64,000 nucleotides of DNA from Acidobacteriota bacterium (GCA_003225465.1 QIAH01000344.1:144-64143); one strand, 5' to 3'. Numbered from the stretch's first letter, positions 9,720-19,030 are shown. Notes: generated by a model not told the origin, from the sequence alone. A program made the numbers and translations.

Positions 9720-10140
9720 CCCTCACCCTTCGACTTCCTGCGAGGCTTGCCAGAAAAACAAATAAGGCTGATGGTGGTGCCGAGCACGGCAACAACGGTC
9801 GTCAGGTACTCTCTGGATAGTTCACCATGCGGCAGCAACCGTGGCACGAAGCACGGCCGGCCATGAGATGTGAGCAAAAAAATCGACGCCCACAAATGCA
9901 AAAAGAGAAATCGTGAGCCATTTTAGGTATTTCGCATAGGTCGAATAGGGAACCAACAACACAGCGGCTAGTGATCCGATGCCGAAGATCGCAATGAACA
10001 GGCCGGCATTCCCCCGCAACCACTAACTCCGTGGCCGATCCCATCGCGCCGATATCGGCTCCGAGATCGAAGACATTGGCTACCGGCACCCAAACAGCAC
10101 GGAGTAAAGGCGTAAAGAAGAGGCTTGGGATAATTCTTGC
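9720..10140 (-). pseudogene. Nramp/MntH-family divalent-metal transporter remnant
   Basis: Three minus-strand frames carry consecutive Nramp-like pieces: VANVFDLGADIGAMGSA, KYLKWLTISLFAFVGVDFF and TTVVAVLGTTIS. After a 1-nt shift the last piece continues as PYLFFWQASQEVEG, ending at an in-frame stop. Both ends are missing. Confidence 0.7.
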
Positions 10141-10364
10141 GGAGGTTATCCCTAAAGCATTTTCCCTAGTGATGAATTGACGGATATTGGGTGGCTGCCT
10201 CTCAGGGCTTAGGCAAACTACCTTACGACGTTCGAGCGTTTGTGCGGCATCCAACAAATGTCGGAAAGAAGCTTTTGAAGAGACGAAGGCAGGGCGTCGA
10301 GATCTGCACCGAAAATCGCTTTTTTGGGGCGTGCATCCCCTCAGGCGTCCGGAAGGGGAACAAA

Positions 10365-12965
10365 ATGAAAAGGCATTTCCTCAAAGAAGTTCTGCATTGG
10401 AAGGGTGTGTGCGCGACACTGCTGCTGTCAATTTTGTTTTTACTTGCGACGTTCACCAGCAACGCAGATGCGCAAGATCAATATGATCCGCCGGGGCGGG
10501 TGGCACGCCTCGGTTATATGCAGGGTGCCATTTCGTTCGAACCTGCGGGCGAGTCGGACTGGGTGGAGGCGGTTCCGAACCGTCCCATGACCACGGGCGA
10601 TCGCCTGTGGGCGGACCGTGACTCGCGTGCGGAAGTGGAACTGGGTTCTGCCGCGATTCACCTGTCAGCGAATACCGGTTTTTCTTTCCTAAATCTTGAC
10701 GATCGCACGGTGCAAATCGAACTGAGTTCCGGAACGCTGGAAGTACGAGTGCGCCGATTGAGCCGCGACGATGTTTTTGAAATCGACACTCCTAACCAGG
10801 CGCTTACTGCCTTTCAGCCCGGATGGTATCGGATTGAAGCTTCGCAAGACGGCAATTACACGGTAGTGACGGTTCGCGAAGGCGAAGGTGTTTCGACCGG
10901 GAATGGCCAGGAATACACCATCCATGCGGGACAACGCATAACGCTCAGCGGCACGACGCAATTGGCCGCCGAGGTGCAGCAAATCAACAACCCCGACGAG
11001 TTCGACAACTGGTCGTACTCGCGAGAGCGCCGCTATGATGACTCGCGTTCGGCTCGTTACTGTTCGCGCGATTTGGTTGGGGTTGAAGATCTCGACGACT
11101 ACGGCGATTGGCGGTCGTCTCCGGAATACGGCGACGTGTGGTTTCCACGCGTGTCTGCTGGCTGGGCCCCGTATCGTGAGGGACATTGGGCCTGGATTGA
11201 TCCTTGGGGATGGACCTGGGTCGATGACGATCCCTGGGGGTATGCGCCATTTCACTATGGACGCTGGGCCTCGCTCGATGGTCGTTGGGGCTGGATCCCC
11301 GGGCCGCGTCAAGAGAGTCCGGTATACGCACCCGCTCTGGTGGCGTTTGTTGGCGGAGGTGCGCTTGCGGCGGGGAGCGTCGCTTGGTTCCCGCTCGGAC
11401 CGCGAGAAGTGTACGTGCCCTCCTATCGCGTGAGTCCGACTTACGTTAATCGCGTGAATATCACGAACACGACCGTGAACACCACCACTGTGACGAACGT
11501 GTACAACACGACCATCGTTAACAGGAACACGACGATTGCGAACGCGAACTATGTAAATCGGAACGTCCAAGGCGGGGTGACGGCGGTTCCGCAGCGCGCA
11601 TTCGCCAGCGCTCAACCCGTCGCCCGCAATGCGATGGTGGTGAACCTCCGCGAAGCGCAAGCTGCTCCTGTGAGCGCGCGAGTTGCGGTTCCTCCGGCAC
11701 GCGAAGCGGTGTTCGGAGCACGCGCCAACACGGCGAATCGTGTGGCTGCGCCTCCGCCCGCGCTGGCTAACCGAACTGTGATTGCAAAAGCGACACCGCC
11801 ACCGCCACCGCCTCCGTTCGCGGCAAGGCAGCAGGTTTTGCAGTCGCATCCCGGCCAGCCTGTAGATCGTGCCGAGATGCAGAAATTGCGTCCCGCGGCG
11901 GCTCCGCCGGTGAAGCAGGCACCTCCAGCTAAGCCTGCGACTCCAAGCCAGGCGGTCAATCAGCCGCCGAACCGCGGGCCCGCTCCGAATGCGCCGGCTA
12001 GCCCAGAACCTGGAAATGCAGCGAACCCGGGCAATCGACCGGAAGCGGCTCCCCCTACGCCCAACCGACCGCCGCAGCCGCCGGCACGAAATGATCGACC
12101 CCCAGCCGCGCAGCCAGAAAATCGCGCGACTCCAGCGGCACCGAACAACCGGCCCGAGGTAGCGCCTCCTGAGCCTAATCGTCCGCCACAACCGCCAGCG
12201 CGGAATGATCGTCCACCAACAGCGGAGCCTGAGAATCGGGCGACTCAACCGCCTCCGAGCAACCGTCCGGAAGCGCGACCCGCCGAGCCTAATCGTCCAC
12301 CACAACCGCCAGCGCGGAATGATCGTCCACCAACAGCGCAGCCTGAGAATCGGGCGACTCAACCGCCTCCGAGCAACCGTCCGGAAGCGCGACCCGCCGA
12401 GCCGAATCGCCCACCACAACCGCCAGCGCGGAATGATCGTCCACCAACAGCGCAGCCTGAGAATCGAGCGACTCAACCGCCTCCGAGCAATCGTCCGGAA
12501 GCGCGACCTGCCGAGCCGAATCGCCCACCACAACCGCCAGCGCGGAATGATCGTCCACCAACAGCGGAGCCTGAGAATCGGCCGACTCAACCGCCTCCGA
12601 GCAACCGTCCGGAAGCGCGACCCGCCGAGCCGAATCGCCCACCACAACCGCCGGCGCGGAATGATCGTCCGCCAACAGCACAGCCTGAGAATCGAGCGAC
12701 TCAACCGCCTCCGAGTAATCGTCCCGAAGCGCGACCTGCCGAGCCGAATCGTCCACCACAACCGCCAGCGCGGAATGATCGTCCCGCTGCCGCGCCGCCT
12801 GACAATCGTGGGAACCCGCCCGCGCCAAACAATCGTCCGGCGGCAAATCGCCCTACGCCCAATCAGCCGGAGGCCCGGCCCGAACGTCCGGAACAACCGC
12901 AACAAACTCCGGAGGAAAGAAGGCGCCAGGAGGAGCAACGCAAGCAGTCGCAACCTCCTCAATAG
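10365..12965 (+). CDS. FecR-like / DUF6600-type secreted protein with proline-rich repeat tail
   Basis: ATG at 10365 follows GGAAGGGGAA. It has a signal-like N-terminus, a FecR-like beta region, and a W/G-rich block (WAWIDPWGWTWVDDDPWGYAPFHYGRW). The tail is seven 38-aa repeats. Confidence 0.85.
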   Translation: MKRHFLKEVLHWKGVCATLLLSILFLLATFTSNADAQDQYDPPGRVARLGYMQGAISFEPAGESDWVEAVPNRPMTTGDRLWADRDSRAEVELGSAAIHLSANTGFSFLNLDDRTVQIELSSGTLEVRVRRLSRDDVFEIDTPNQALTAFQPGWYRIEASQDGNYTVVTVREGEGVSTGNGQEYTIHAGQRITLSGTTQLAAEVQQINNPDEFDNWSYSRERRYDDSRSARYCSRDLVGVEDLDDYGDWRSSPEYGDVWFPRVSAGWAPYREGHWAWIDPWGWTWVDDDPWGYAPFHYGRWASLDGRWGWIPGPRQESPVYAPALVAFVGGGALAAGSVAWFPLGPREVYVPSYRVSPTYVNRVNITNTTVNTTTVTNVYNTTIVNRNTTIANANYVNRNVQGGVTAVPQRAFASAQPVARNAMVVNLREAQAAPVSARVAVPPAREAVFGARANTANRVAAPPPALANRTVIAKATPPPPPPPFAARQQVLQSHPGQPVDRAEMQKLRPAAAPPVKQAPPAKPATPSQAVNQPPNRGPAPNAPASPEPGNAANPGNRPEAAPPTPNRPPQPPARNDRPPAAQPENRATPAAPNNRPEVAPPEPNRPPQPPARNDRPPTAEPENRATQPPPSNRPEARPAEPNRPPQPPARNDRPPTAQPENRATQPPPSNRPEARPAEPNRPPQPPARNDRPPTAQPENRATQPPPSNRPEARPAEPNRPPQPPARNDRPPTAEPENRPTQPPPSNRPEARPAEPNRPPQPPARNDRPPTAQPENRATQPPPSNRPEARPAEPNRPPQPPARNDRPAAAPPDNRGNPPAPNNRPAANRPTPNQPEARPERPEQPQQTPEERRRQEEQRKQSQPPQ
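12060..12857 (+). repeat. Tandem repeat, 7 x 114 bp, in frame (38 aa: PNRPPQPPARNDRPPTAQPENRATQPPPSNRPEARPAE)
   Basis: Unit starts are read at 12060, 12174, 12288, 12402, 12516, 12630 and 12744. Internal units are nearly identical and the terminal units diverge. Confidence 0.95.
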
Positions 12966-12997
12966 CTGAGAATGTGAGTGCAGAATGCAATCGGCAG

Positions 12998-13063
12998 GAT
13001 CTCAGCACTTGGCATTTAGCTCTTGGCAGTTAGCCGTGGACCGTAAAGCCAAGTGCTGAGATC
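12998..13063. repeat. 16-bp perfect inverted repeat (possible bidirectional terminator)
   Basis: GATCTCAGCACTTGGC (12998-13013) and GCCAAGTGCTGAGATC (13048-13063) lie between convergent genes. There is no T-run. Confidence 0.6.
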
Positions 13064-13171
13064 ACCTCAGCTACGCTGTTCTCGGCGCAGCTAGCTTCGG
13101 ATACTCACTCTCGTGAAATGTTAGGCAGGTCGGACAAAGTTGTTCTACACAGCTCACGCCGTTCAGCGTCC

Positions 13172-13615
13172 TCAGGCAAGTTCCAGCGCAGGCCCAGAAG
13201 TGCTCTTGTGTCCTTCTAGCATTGCTCTGGTGACCTCATCGGTCTGCACAATCTTGGCGGTCAGCATCGTCAGTAACTCTTGGCATGCTTGAGGTTGCTC
13301 GCGAAGCAGCGTCTTCAATGCTTCGGAAGAGACAAATCCCAGTTCAGCATCATCAGCTACAGTGGCGGTCATGCTGTAGGTCCGGCCCGTAAGAGTTGCA
13401 GGCAAGCCGATCAGGGCGCCGGGTCCGTAGGTTTTGTTCAGCGGGCTGGAACCGTCAACTCCGAAATCCAAGCTGACCCTGCCTCTCAGAACGAGGAACA
13501 TGCCAAAAGACACTTCCCCGCGTTTGAAGAGAACTGTGTGACGGATTTTCTGAACTTTTTCGCAGCACTGCAAGATCAATGCCTTTAAGTCTGCGGGAGC
13601 AGAATAACGTGCCAT
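13172..13615 (-). CDS. Cyclic nucleotide-binding domain protein (no DNA-binding domain)
   Basis: cNMP-binding fold motifs: FKRGEVSFGMFLVLRGRVSL ... GPGALIGLPATLTG ... ATVADDAELGF. ATG at 13615 is preceded by GGAGG. Confidence 0.85.
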   Translation of the reverse strand: MARYSAPADLKALILQCCEKVQKIRHTVLFKRGEVSFGMFLVLRGRVSLDFGVDGSSPLNKTYGPGALIGLPATLTGRTYSMTATVADDAELGFVSSEALKTLLREQPQACQELLTMLTAKIVQTDEVTRAMLEGHKSTSGPALELA

Positions 13616-13676
13616 CCTCAACCTCCGGGAGCCTCAGTGGCTTCCAAGAAGGGTAGAGGGAAATCTGACGCTCGCC

Positions 13677-13692
13677 CGTGATGCAGGTCACA
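13677..13692. promoter_or_regulatory. One-mismatch CRP/FNR-type box cGTGA-TGCAGG-TCACA
   Basis: Read directly, about 60-70 bp upstream of the cNMP-binding gene start. A 10-bp palindrome TGTGATCACA lies at 13763-13772. Confidence 0.35.
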
Positions 13693-13883
13693 AACCATCG
13701 TGAGATGAAGAGGGCGCACTCCTGCAGCCGTCATCGCCAGTTACGATTGTGGTTTTTCACGTTGTGATCACAGACCGGCGAGTCCAATTTCTATACATTT
13801 GCCGCAATTGTTTGATGGAGCCGCGCGGCGACTCCACTCCCACCGCTGGTCTCGTCGCGCACTCCGGCTCTGAGGCGTGAGCC

Positions 13884-14069
13884 ATGGAAAAGCCTGTCAT
13901 GACCGCGGTTGAGAAACTCGTGCTGGCTGGGGAAGAGGCTGGCTTTAGCGTCGAGCAGATGATTCAGATTCTGCAAACCGGGACCAGCGTTGAGGCTCTC
14001 CTGTGCATGATCGAATGGCGTTGGTGCCCGCCCGCCATGGAGCCCCGCTCAAGTCGCTGGGTTATGTGA
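13884..14069 (+). CDS. Hypothetical 61-aa protein (AGFS-motif small protein)
   Basis: ATG ORF. It shares LxxAGxxAGFSxE ... IE with a frameshifted copy at 47303-47478. Confidence 0.4.
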   Translation: MEKPVMTAVEKLVLAGEEAGFSVEQMIQILQTGTSVEALLCMIEWRWCPPAMEPRSSRWVM

Positions 14070-14196
14070 CTTCACAGTGCAAGTCCAAGCACAAGCGGGA
14101 TCCTCATGGGTTGCGCCTTCACCGCACTACACCGTCAACGTGAACAGACCCCGAAAAGCGCTCTCGGTAATTCCTATCGCGTCCTTTCCAGCTGAA

Positions 14197-14382
14197 TCAT
14201 TGAATCGAGCTGGCAGCTTGCGAGAAGACGGTGTTGGCGTTGGACCCGACAAGTCGGATCGTGCCCACAACAAGCACCAATATTACGGCAAGCATGACCG
14301 CGTATTCCGCGATGTCTTGGCCCTTGTCATGCGACCATGCTTTTCGTAGAAGATCGCGTGCCGCTGCTCGGTAGCTCTGCAC
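14197..14382 (-). CDS. flp: Flp/Fap family type IVb pilin
   Basis: C-terminus KGQDIAEYAVMLAVILVLVVGTIRLVGSNANTVFSQAASSIQ has the G/xxxxEY prepilin motif plus a single hydrophobic helix. I place the start at GTG 14382 (61 aa), but the frame stays open to ATG 14544 (115 aa). Confidence 0.7.
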   Translation of the reverse strand: MQSYRAAARDLLRKAWSHDKGQDIAEYAVMLAVILVLVVGTIRLVGSNANTVFSQAASSIQ

Positions 14383-15167
14383 GACCTCGCGATAAAACTG
14401 TCTCTCTTCCGCCTTCCTGAAATTGGGGATTAAGTCTTCGACAAGGTGCACGACTGACCCGAAGTCTTCTGCCTTCCTTGCGCTAATTTCAGCGGTCGTC
14501 CGGCGCAGGGCAGTGAAACGAATAGGCGACGGGCTGGTCGTCATCGCCTTGCCCTCCCTTCATCTGAGATGGGACGTGGTGGTGCCTATAATGCACCTTT
14601 TTGGGTGAAATGCAAGTTGGCCTCCAAAGGACCAAAAACGTGGCACGAAAACCACTCGGACCGCTCTGGATAAACTCTCTCGGAAAAAACCAGATGCGCC
14701 AGTCGGCTCGGCAGCACGCACTCCTGGGTAGAATTTCGCGGTGTGCGGTACTAGAGAGCTTGACAATTCCCTGACCGAGCGTATTCTGGTGCCGCTCAGC
14801 CGAACCTACGATTCTTCTCCCTTGAAGGCAGTCCGACTGAACCGGCCAATTTTCAGTTTAATCAAGCCAAGTCCGTTCCTCTGCCACGCCTCCTGCGTGA
14901 ACGGACTAAGGTTCGCGACTCGTGGTTGCCAGTAGATGAGTTGCTAAGCCGGTGTCGAAGTGAAACTCCTGATGATCAGCGGCCTTGCAGGGCTGGTAAT
15001 AGGAATGGTGCTCACCGTCTTCTATTTCTCGCTTGCAACATTCCTCGCGGTCAACGCAAAGGTGCTCGAGGGGCGACTCAGAAGTTGGCAGAGAATGCCT
15101 TGGCAGAGAGGTTCCATTACCCGCAAAAGATAAATAGATTCGGCTCGCCACCGAGGGAGGAGCCTTG

Positions 15168-16643
15168 ATGATTCGGAACCGCCTGATCGCAATTGCTCCT
15201 CGATGGTCGTTTCTCGCCGTGTTGGCTTACTGGATGTGCGCTTCGAATACGCACGGCCAAAGCGCTGCGCCTGCCGCTATCAACGGTGTTTACAACGGCA
15301 GTTACAGGTGTGCACAAGGCCCGACAACTCTGAAGCTGTTTCTGCACGCATCCGCCGACGGATCGTTGACCGGCATATTCACTTTCTATCTGCCTCCCGG
15401 GTCCCACAATCAAGCTTACAGCTTCAGCCTGAGCGGTCCGCTCGACGCGGCGACGGGAAAATTCAGGTTGAGTCCCGACAAGTGGGAAACACCACCGCCG
15501 CCAAATTACTCAATGGTGGGAATGGAGGGCGCTTTCGATCCCGACAGCGGACAGGTTGCAGGCAAAATCGCCTCCGGGGCGTGCGGCGCCTTCCAGGCGA
15601 AGCGCGGCCGGTCAGCGACCATGGCATTGGAAAAAGAGCCAGCGAAGACGCCCGTGGCATCGACGGCGTCGGCGACGCCGGCTTCTCGATCGGACACAGG
15701 CCCCGCTGGGCAGAGTAAAAGCGCCACGGCCCCCGGCGTCTCGACGTCGACCACGGCCGCTGCCAGGCCCGTCACTTCCTCCAGCAGCCCGGCACAGACC
15801 GGGACGGGCGGCGCCCTGGTTCGCAAGTCGAAAGCGTACTGGGACAACTACCGGAGCGACATCATCAGGCAGGTGTTCGACGGGGGCTTTGGCAGCGACG
15901 TGGATGAGTCCACAGAGTTCCGGGTACTTTTCACAAGTCATGTCGAAACCTTCTCCAAAAAATGCCGCGCGTATTTGCCCGCTCGTCACGAGACGGTGAC
16001 CGTCACCCAGGTCACGACGAGGAGTGACCGCTATGGCAACGTCGTCAGCCGGCAGAACAGCCAGCCCATGGCGGTCGAGGTTGATTCCCGGTTTGCCCCG
16101 AAGTATCGCAAATATGCCGCTTCACTTGGCTCGACGTCGGCCGAAAGTCTGGGAGCCGCCATCGGTATCATGTCGGGCCGGGTAAGCGCGAACACCTATT
16201 TTGACATAGGGCTGGATGCGGACCGATTCTTCCAAACCGAGAGCTGTCAGAGCGCGGCTATGCGCCAGCTTGGGGATAATCTCCTGCGCGGAGCCACGGG
16301 GCAACTGTCGCTGCAACAGGCGGGGGTGAGCATTGCAGGCGCATCAGCCGAAACGGACAAATCCGCTCCGACAGGCCGCTTCACCCGCTTCATTGATGGC
16401 TGCAACGCGTTCTATCGCGATCCCGCGAATGCCCGCTACCGAAAGCTGGATTCGGACGCCTGGTGCAAGTGTCTCAGCGACCAGTATCAACACGTGATGA
16501 CACCTGAGCAGGAGTCCTATTACGCGAACGATTACGCGCGTCACTTCCGGGGCGAGATCGCCCAGCCGCGCGAGTCCTCAACGGACCCGGCATGGCCCCG
16601 GCTTCATCCGGCGGTCGAGAGATGCGCCGCCACAACGCGCTAG
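15168..16643 (+). CDS. Secreted protein of unknown function with an S/T/A/P-rich linker
   Basis: ATG at 15168 follows GGAGGAG. It has a signal-like N-terminus, a low-complexity linker (aa ~150-215) and a Cys-containing C-terminal domain. Confidence 0.75.
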   Translation: MIRNRLIAIAPRWSFLAVLAYWMCASNTHGQSAAPAAINGVYNGSYRCAQGPTTLKLFLHASADGSLTGIFTFYLPPGSHNQAYSFSLSGPLDAATGKFRLSPDKWETPPPPNYSMVGMEGAFDPDSGQVAGKIASGACGAFQAKRGRSATMALEKEPAKTPVASTASATPASRSDTGPAGQSKSATAPGVSTSTTAAARPVTSSSSPAQTGTGGALVRKSKAYWDNYRSDIIRQVFDGGFGSDVDESTEFRVLFTSHVETFSKKCRAYLPARHETVTVTQVTTRSDRYGNVVSRQNSQPMAVEVDSRFAPKYRKYAASLGSTSAESLGAAIGIMSGRVSANTYFDIGLDADRFFQTESCQSAAMRQLGDNLLRGATGQLSLQQAGVSIAGASAETDKSAPTGRFTRFIDGCNAFYRDPANARYRKLDSDAWCKCLSDQYQHVMTPEQESYYANDYARHFRGEIAQPRESSTDPAWPRLHPAVERCAATTR

Positions 16644-17018
16644 CAGGCCTGCCAGCTTCAAAAATGCCGTAACGAAACAATGCCGTCACTATTAACCGCG
16701 GTCGCAGAGCTAAAGACAGATAGACAAGGCTAAGAGATGTTAGCGATCACGTAAAAACGTATTTTCTTGAACTTTTGGCGCTTGTATCCGATTTGGAACC
16801 GAATGGACAGTCGTTGAATCCGTCAGATGATGTAGCGCTTTGGATGCGACGGGAGGGACCTATATCCATCACGCCCACCGTGACTAATGATGAGTCGCAC
16901 GCCTAGATGAGGATGATGATAAATAAGAATGTTGCTTTTGAAGACATTCCCACAAACATGCTCGGCAACAATTCAGCAACATACGTTCTTGGATGATCGC
17001 TGACACAGGAGGTCAGGT

Positions 17019-18581
17019 ATGTGTAAGCGCGCCTTGCTTTGGACAATTCTAGTTACAAGCATATTGGTCATCTCAGTTCCAGATTCCGCGCAAGAAACTG
17101 CACTAGGTCTGCGAGTCGTTTTCGAGGCGAAACACACAATCTCGTCACCGCTGCGCGACATGGCAAGGCCCGCGGCAAGCACTGCTGCGGCACAGATGCT
17201 GCCCCGACTATCCACCGGGCTTGCGATAACCAGCTCCCAACCGGGTCCTGTCGCCCAAGCACCTTCTGGTTCAGCTCCGCCCATTAGCGCGCTTCTGAAT
17301 TTTCAAGGCCAGAGCAGCAATCACCCTGTGCCGCCAGACACCAACCTCTCTGTCGGTACAGCGCAGGTGGTGCAGATTGTCAACGTCACCTTTGCCGTGT
17401 ATGACAAGAAGAAAGGAGCCCTGCTTCTAGGTCCGTCATTGATCCACACTATCTTTACTGCCTTGGGCGGGCTTTGCGGAACCACGGATGGAGGTGACCC
17501 AGTCGTGCTGTTTGATAAACTGGCCGGGCGCTGGTTCGTGAGCCAATTGGCGTACAACTCATCGTTTACCGATAACCACGCCTGCATCGCGGTCTCCACG
17601 AGCTCTGACGCGACAGGGACCTATAACGTCTACGACTTTCCATTCGGTAGTAACAGATTTCCTGACTACCCGAAGTACGCAGTTTGGCCGGACGCCTATT
17701 ACGGGACCTTTAATATTTTTGGAGGCGGTAAAGCACGCTCTTTCTTTGGTGCCCGGGCTTGCGCGTTCGACCGCACCAGAATGTTGAATGGACAGGCAGC
17801 CATAACCATCTGCTTCCAGCAACCCCATACCATCACCAGTTTACTGCCTTCGGACCTGGAAGGCGCAACGTTGCCTCCGACAGGCGCGCCCAACTTCATG
17901 CTCAGTCTTGCCGATTCGACCAACCTTAACTTTTTCACTTTCCACGCCGACTTTTCGGACCCAAGCAGCTCGGAGTTTACCGGTCCTATGTTGATTCCGG
18001 TGGCATCGTTCAGCGAAATTTGTGCTAGTACGCTCGCCTGCATCCCTGAACCGTCGCCCGGAGAAGCGTTAGACGCAATAAGCGACCGGCTAATGTTCCG
18101 GCTGGCGTACCGCAACTTCGGTGATCACGAGCCGCTGGTGGTTAATCACACAGTCGCCGGCGGCGCGCTAGCAGGCGTGCGCTGGTATGAAATCCGCAAT
18201 CCTAGCATCAGTCCAATTGTCTTCCAGCAAGGCACAGTAGTGCATCCAAATATCGATTTTTGGATGGGCAGCATTGCAATGGACCACATCGGTAACATTG
18301 CTGCGGGCTTCAGTGCTTCAAGCACCAGTCTAGACCCGAGTGTCTTCTTGGTGGGCCGCGTTCCAGGAGACCTCTTAGGCACGATGCAAGGGCCAACCGT
18401 TGCGGTGAGCGGCACCGGCGTCCAAGAGCAGAGCTTTAACCGGTGGGGCGATTACAGCAGCATGTCCGTGGATCCCAGCGACGACTGTACCCTATGGTAC
18501 ACGCAGGAGTACTACAAGGTCAGCGGTATCCGTAACTGGACCACGCGTATTACAGCGTTCCGGTTCAACACTTGCAGTTAA
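17019..18581 (+). CDS. Secreted protein of unknown function (possible beta-propeller, RWGDYSSMSVDP motif)
   Basis: ATG follows AGGAGG. 520-aa uninterrupted ORF with a signal peptide-like N-terminus. Confidence 0.8.
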   Translation: MCKRALLWTILVTSILVISVPDSAQETALGLRVVFEAKHTISSPLRDMARPAASTAAAQMLPRLSTGLAITSSQPGPVAQAPSGSAPPISALLNFQGQSSNHPVPPDTNLSVGTAQVVQIVNVTFAVYDKKKGALLLGPSLIHTIFTALGGLCGTTDGGDPVVLFDKLAGRWFVSQLAYNSSFTDNHACIAVSTSSDATGTYNVYDFPFGSNRFPDYPKYAVWPDAYYGTFNIFGGGKARSFFGARACAFDRTRMLNGQAAITICFQQPHTITSLLPSDLEGATLPPTGAPNFMLSLADSTNLNFFTFHADFSDPSSSEFTGPMLIPVASFSEICASTLACIPEPSPGEALDAISDRLMFRLAYRNFGDHEPLVVNHTVAGGALAGVRWYEIRNPSISPIVFQQGTVVHPNIDFWMGSIAMDHIGNIAAGFSASSTSLDPSVFLVGRVPGDLLGTMQGPTVAVSGTGVQEQSFNRWGDYSSMSVDPSDDCTLWYTQEYYKVSGIRNWTTRITAFRFNTCS

Positions 18582-18722
18582 ATTAAGAGGCATGAAGGCC
18601 CCGAAAACGGTAATGCAGGAGCCGACTCGTCCGGAGAGCCAGGCCGGGCCGGGTGACGGAGGGCTCGTAAGACCGATGAATGCCAACGGAGGGAAGGGGC
18701 CTGCTACCAAAACTAAATTTGC

Positions 18723-19030
18723 CTACGTTGCTTGCGGCTGAGCTGTCAGTGTCAGTGCCACCTTGTAGCCTCAGCGTTCTAAACGATGAACAAGATTGCG
18801 TGTGAGATGATGCTTGTTGAGTTTGTCTAAGTAAAGATCCCCCAGCTCGTTGTAGGAGACCTGTCGGTAAAGTATGTGATAGATGGCCACCAGGGTTTTG
18901 TGGGCAATGGCCACGGCAGCGCGCTTGTATCCACGCCGGGCCTTGAGAGGGTAACACTTGTCACGGAGATAGGTGACCCTGGCTTTGGCTGCCGAATTAG
19001 CGGCTTCAACCTTCGGTGCTGCGCTAGGTG
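18723..19030 (-). mobile_element. IS110-family transposase 3' remnant
   Basis: AAKARVTYLRDKCYPLKARRGYKRAAVAIAHKTLVAIYHILYRQVSYNELG...LVHRLER, then an in-frame TGA, then GYKVALTLTAQPQAT and a stop. The catalytic N-terminal two thirds are absent. Confidence 0.7.

Noticed and set aside
12060-12857. Regular 114-bp repeat array considered as a possible CRISPR array
   Set aside because: There are no unique spacers between repeats. The units are contiguous, in frame, and translate to a coherent proline-rich peptide inside a long ORF.
10689-12962. 757-aa minus-strand ORF, plus ORFs 12205-12969 (+), 12289-12846 (-) and others, over the FecR-like gene and its repeats
   Set aside because: These are antisense or alternate-frame ORFs. 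Their products are monotonous R/W/L- or R/I/H-rich low-complexity strings created by the 114-bp repeat and GC bias. The plus-frame product has clear domain motifs.
13008-13030. TGGCA-containing repeats as a possible sigma-54 promoter
   Set aside because: The GG-to-GC spacing does not fit the -24/-12 consensus (offset 8 or 15 instead of 12). No downstream gene lies in the right orientation.
14580-14595. TGGTGCCTATAATGCA: a sigma-54-like element (GG-N10-GC spacing correct) that also contains a perfect TATAAT
   Set aside because: It is oriented on the plus strand with no credible gene for ~570 bp. The adjacent Flp gene is on the opposite strand. A single weak match without conservation data is not reportable.
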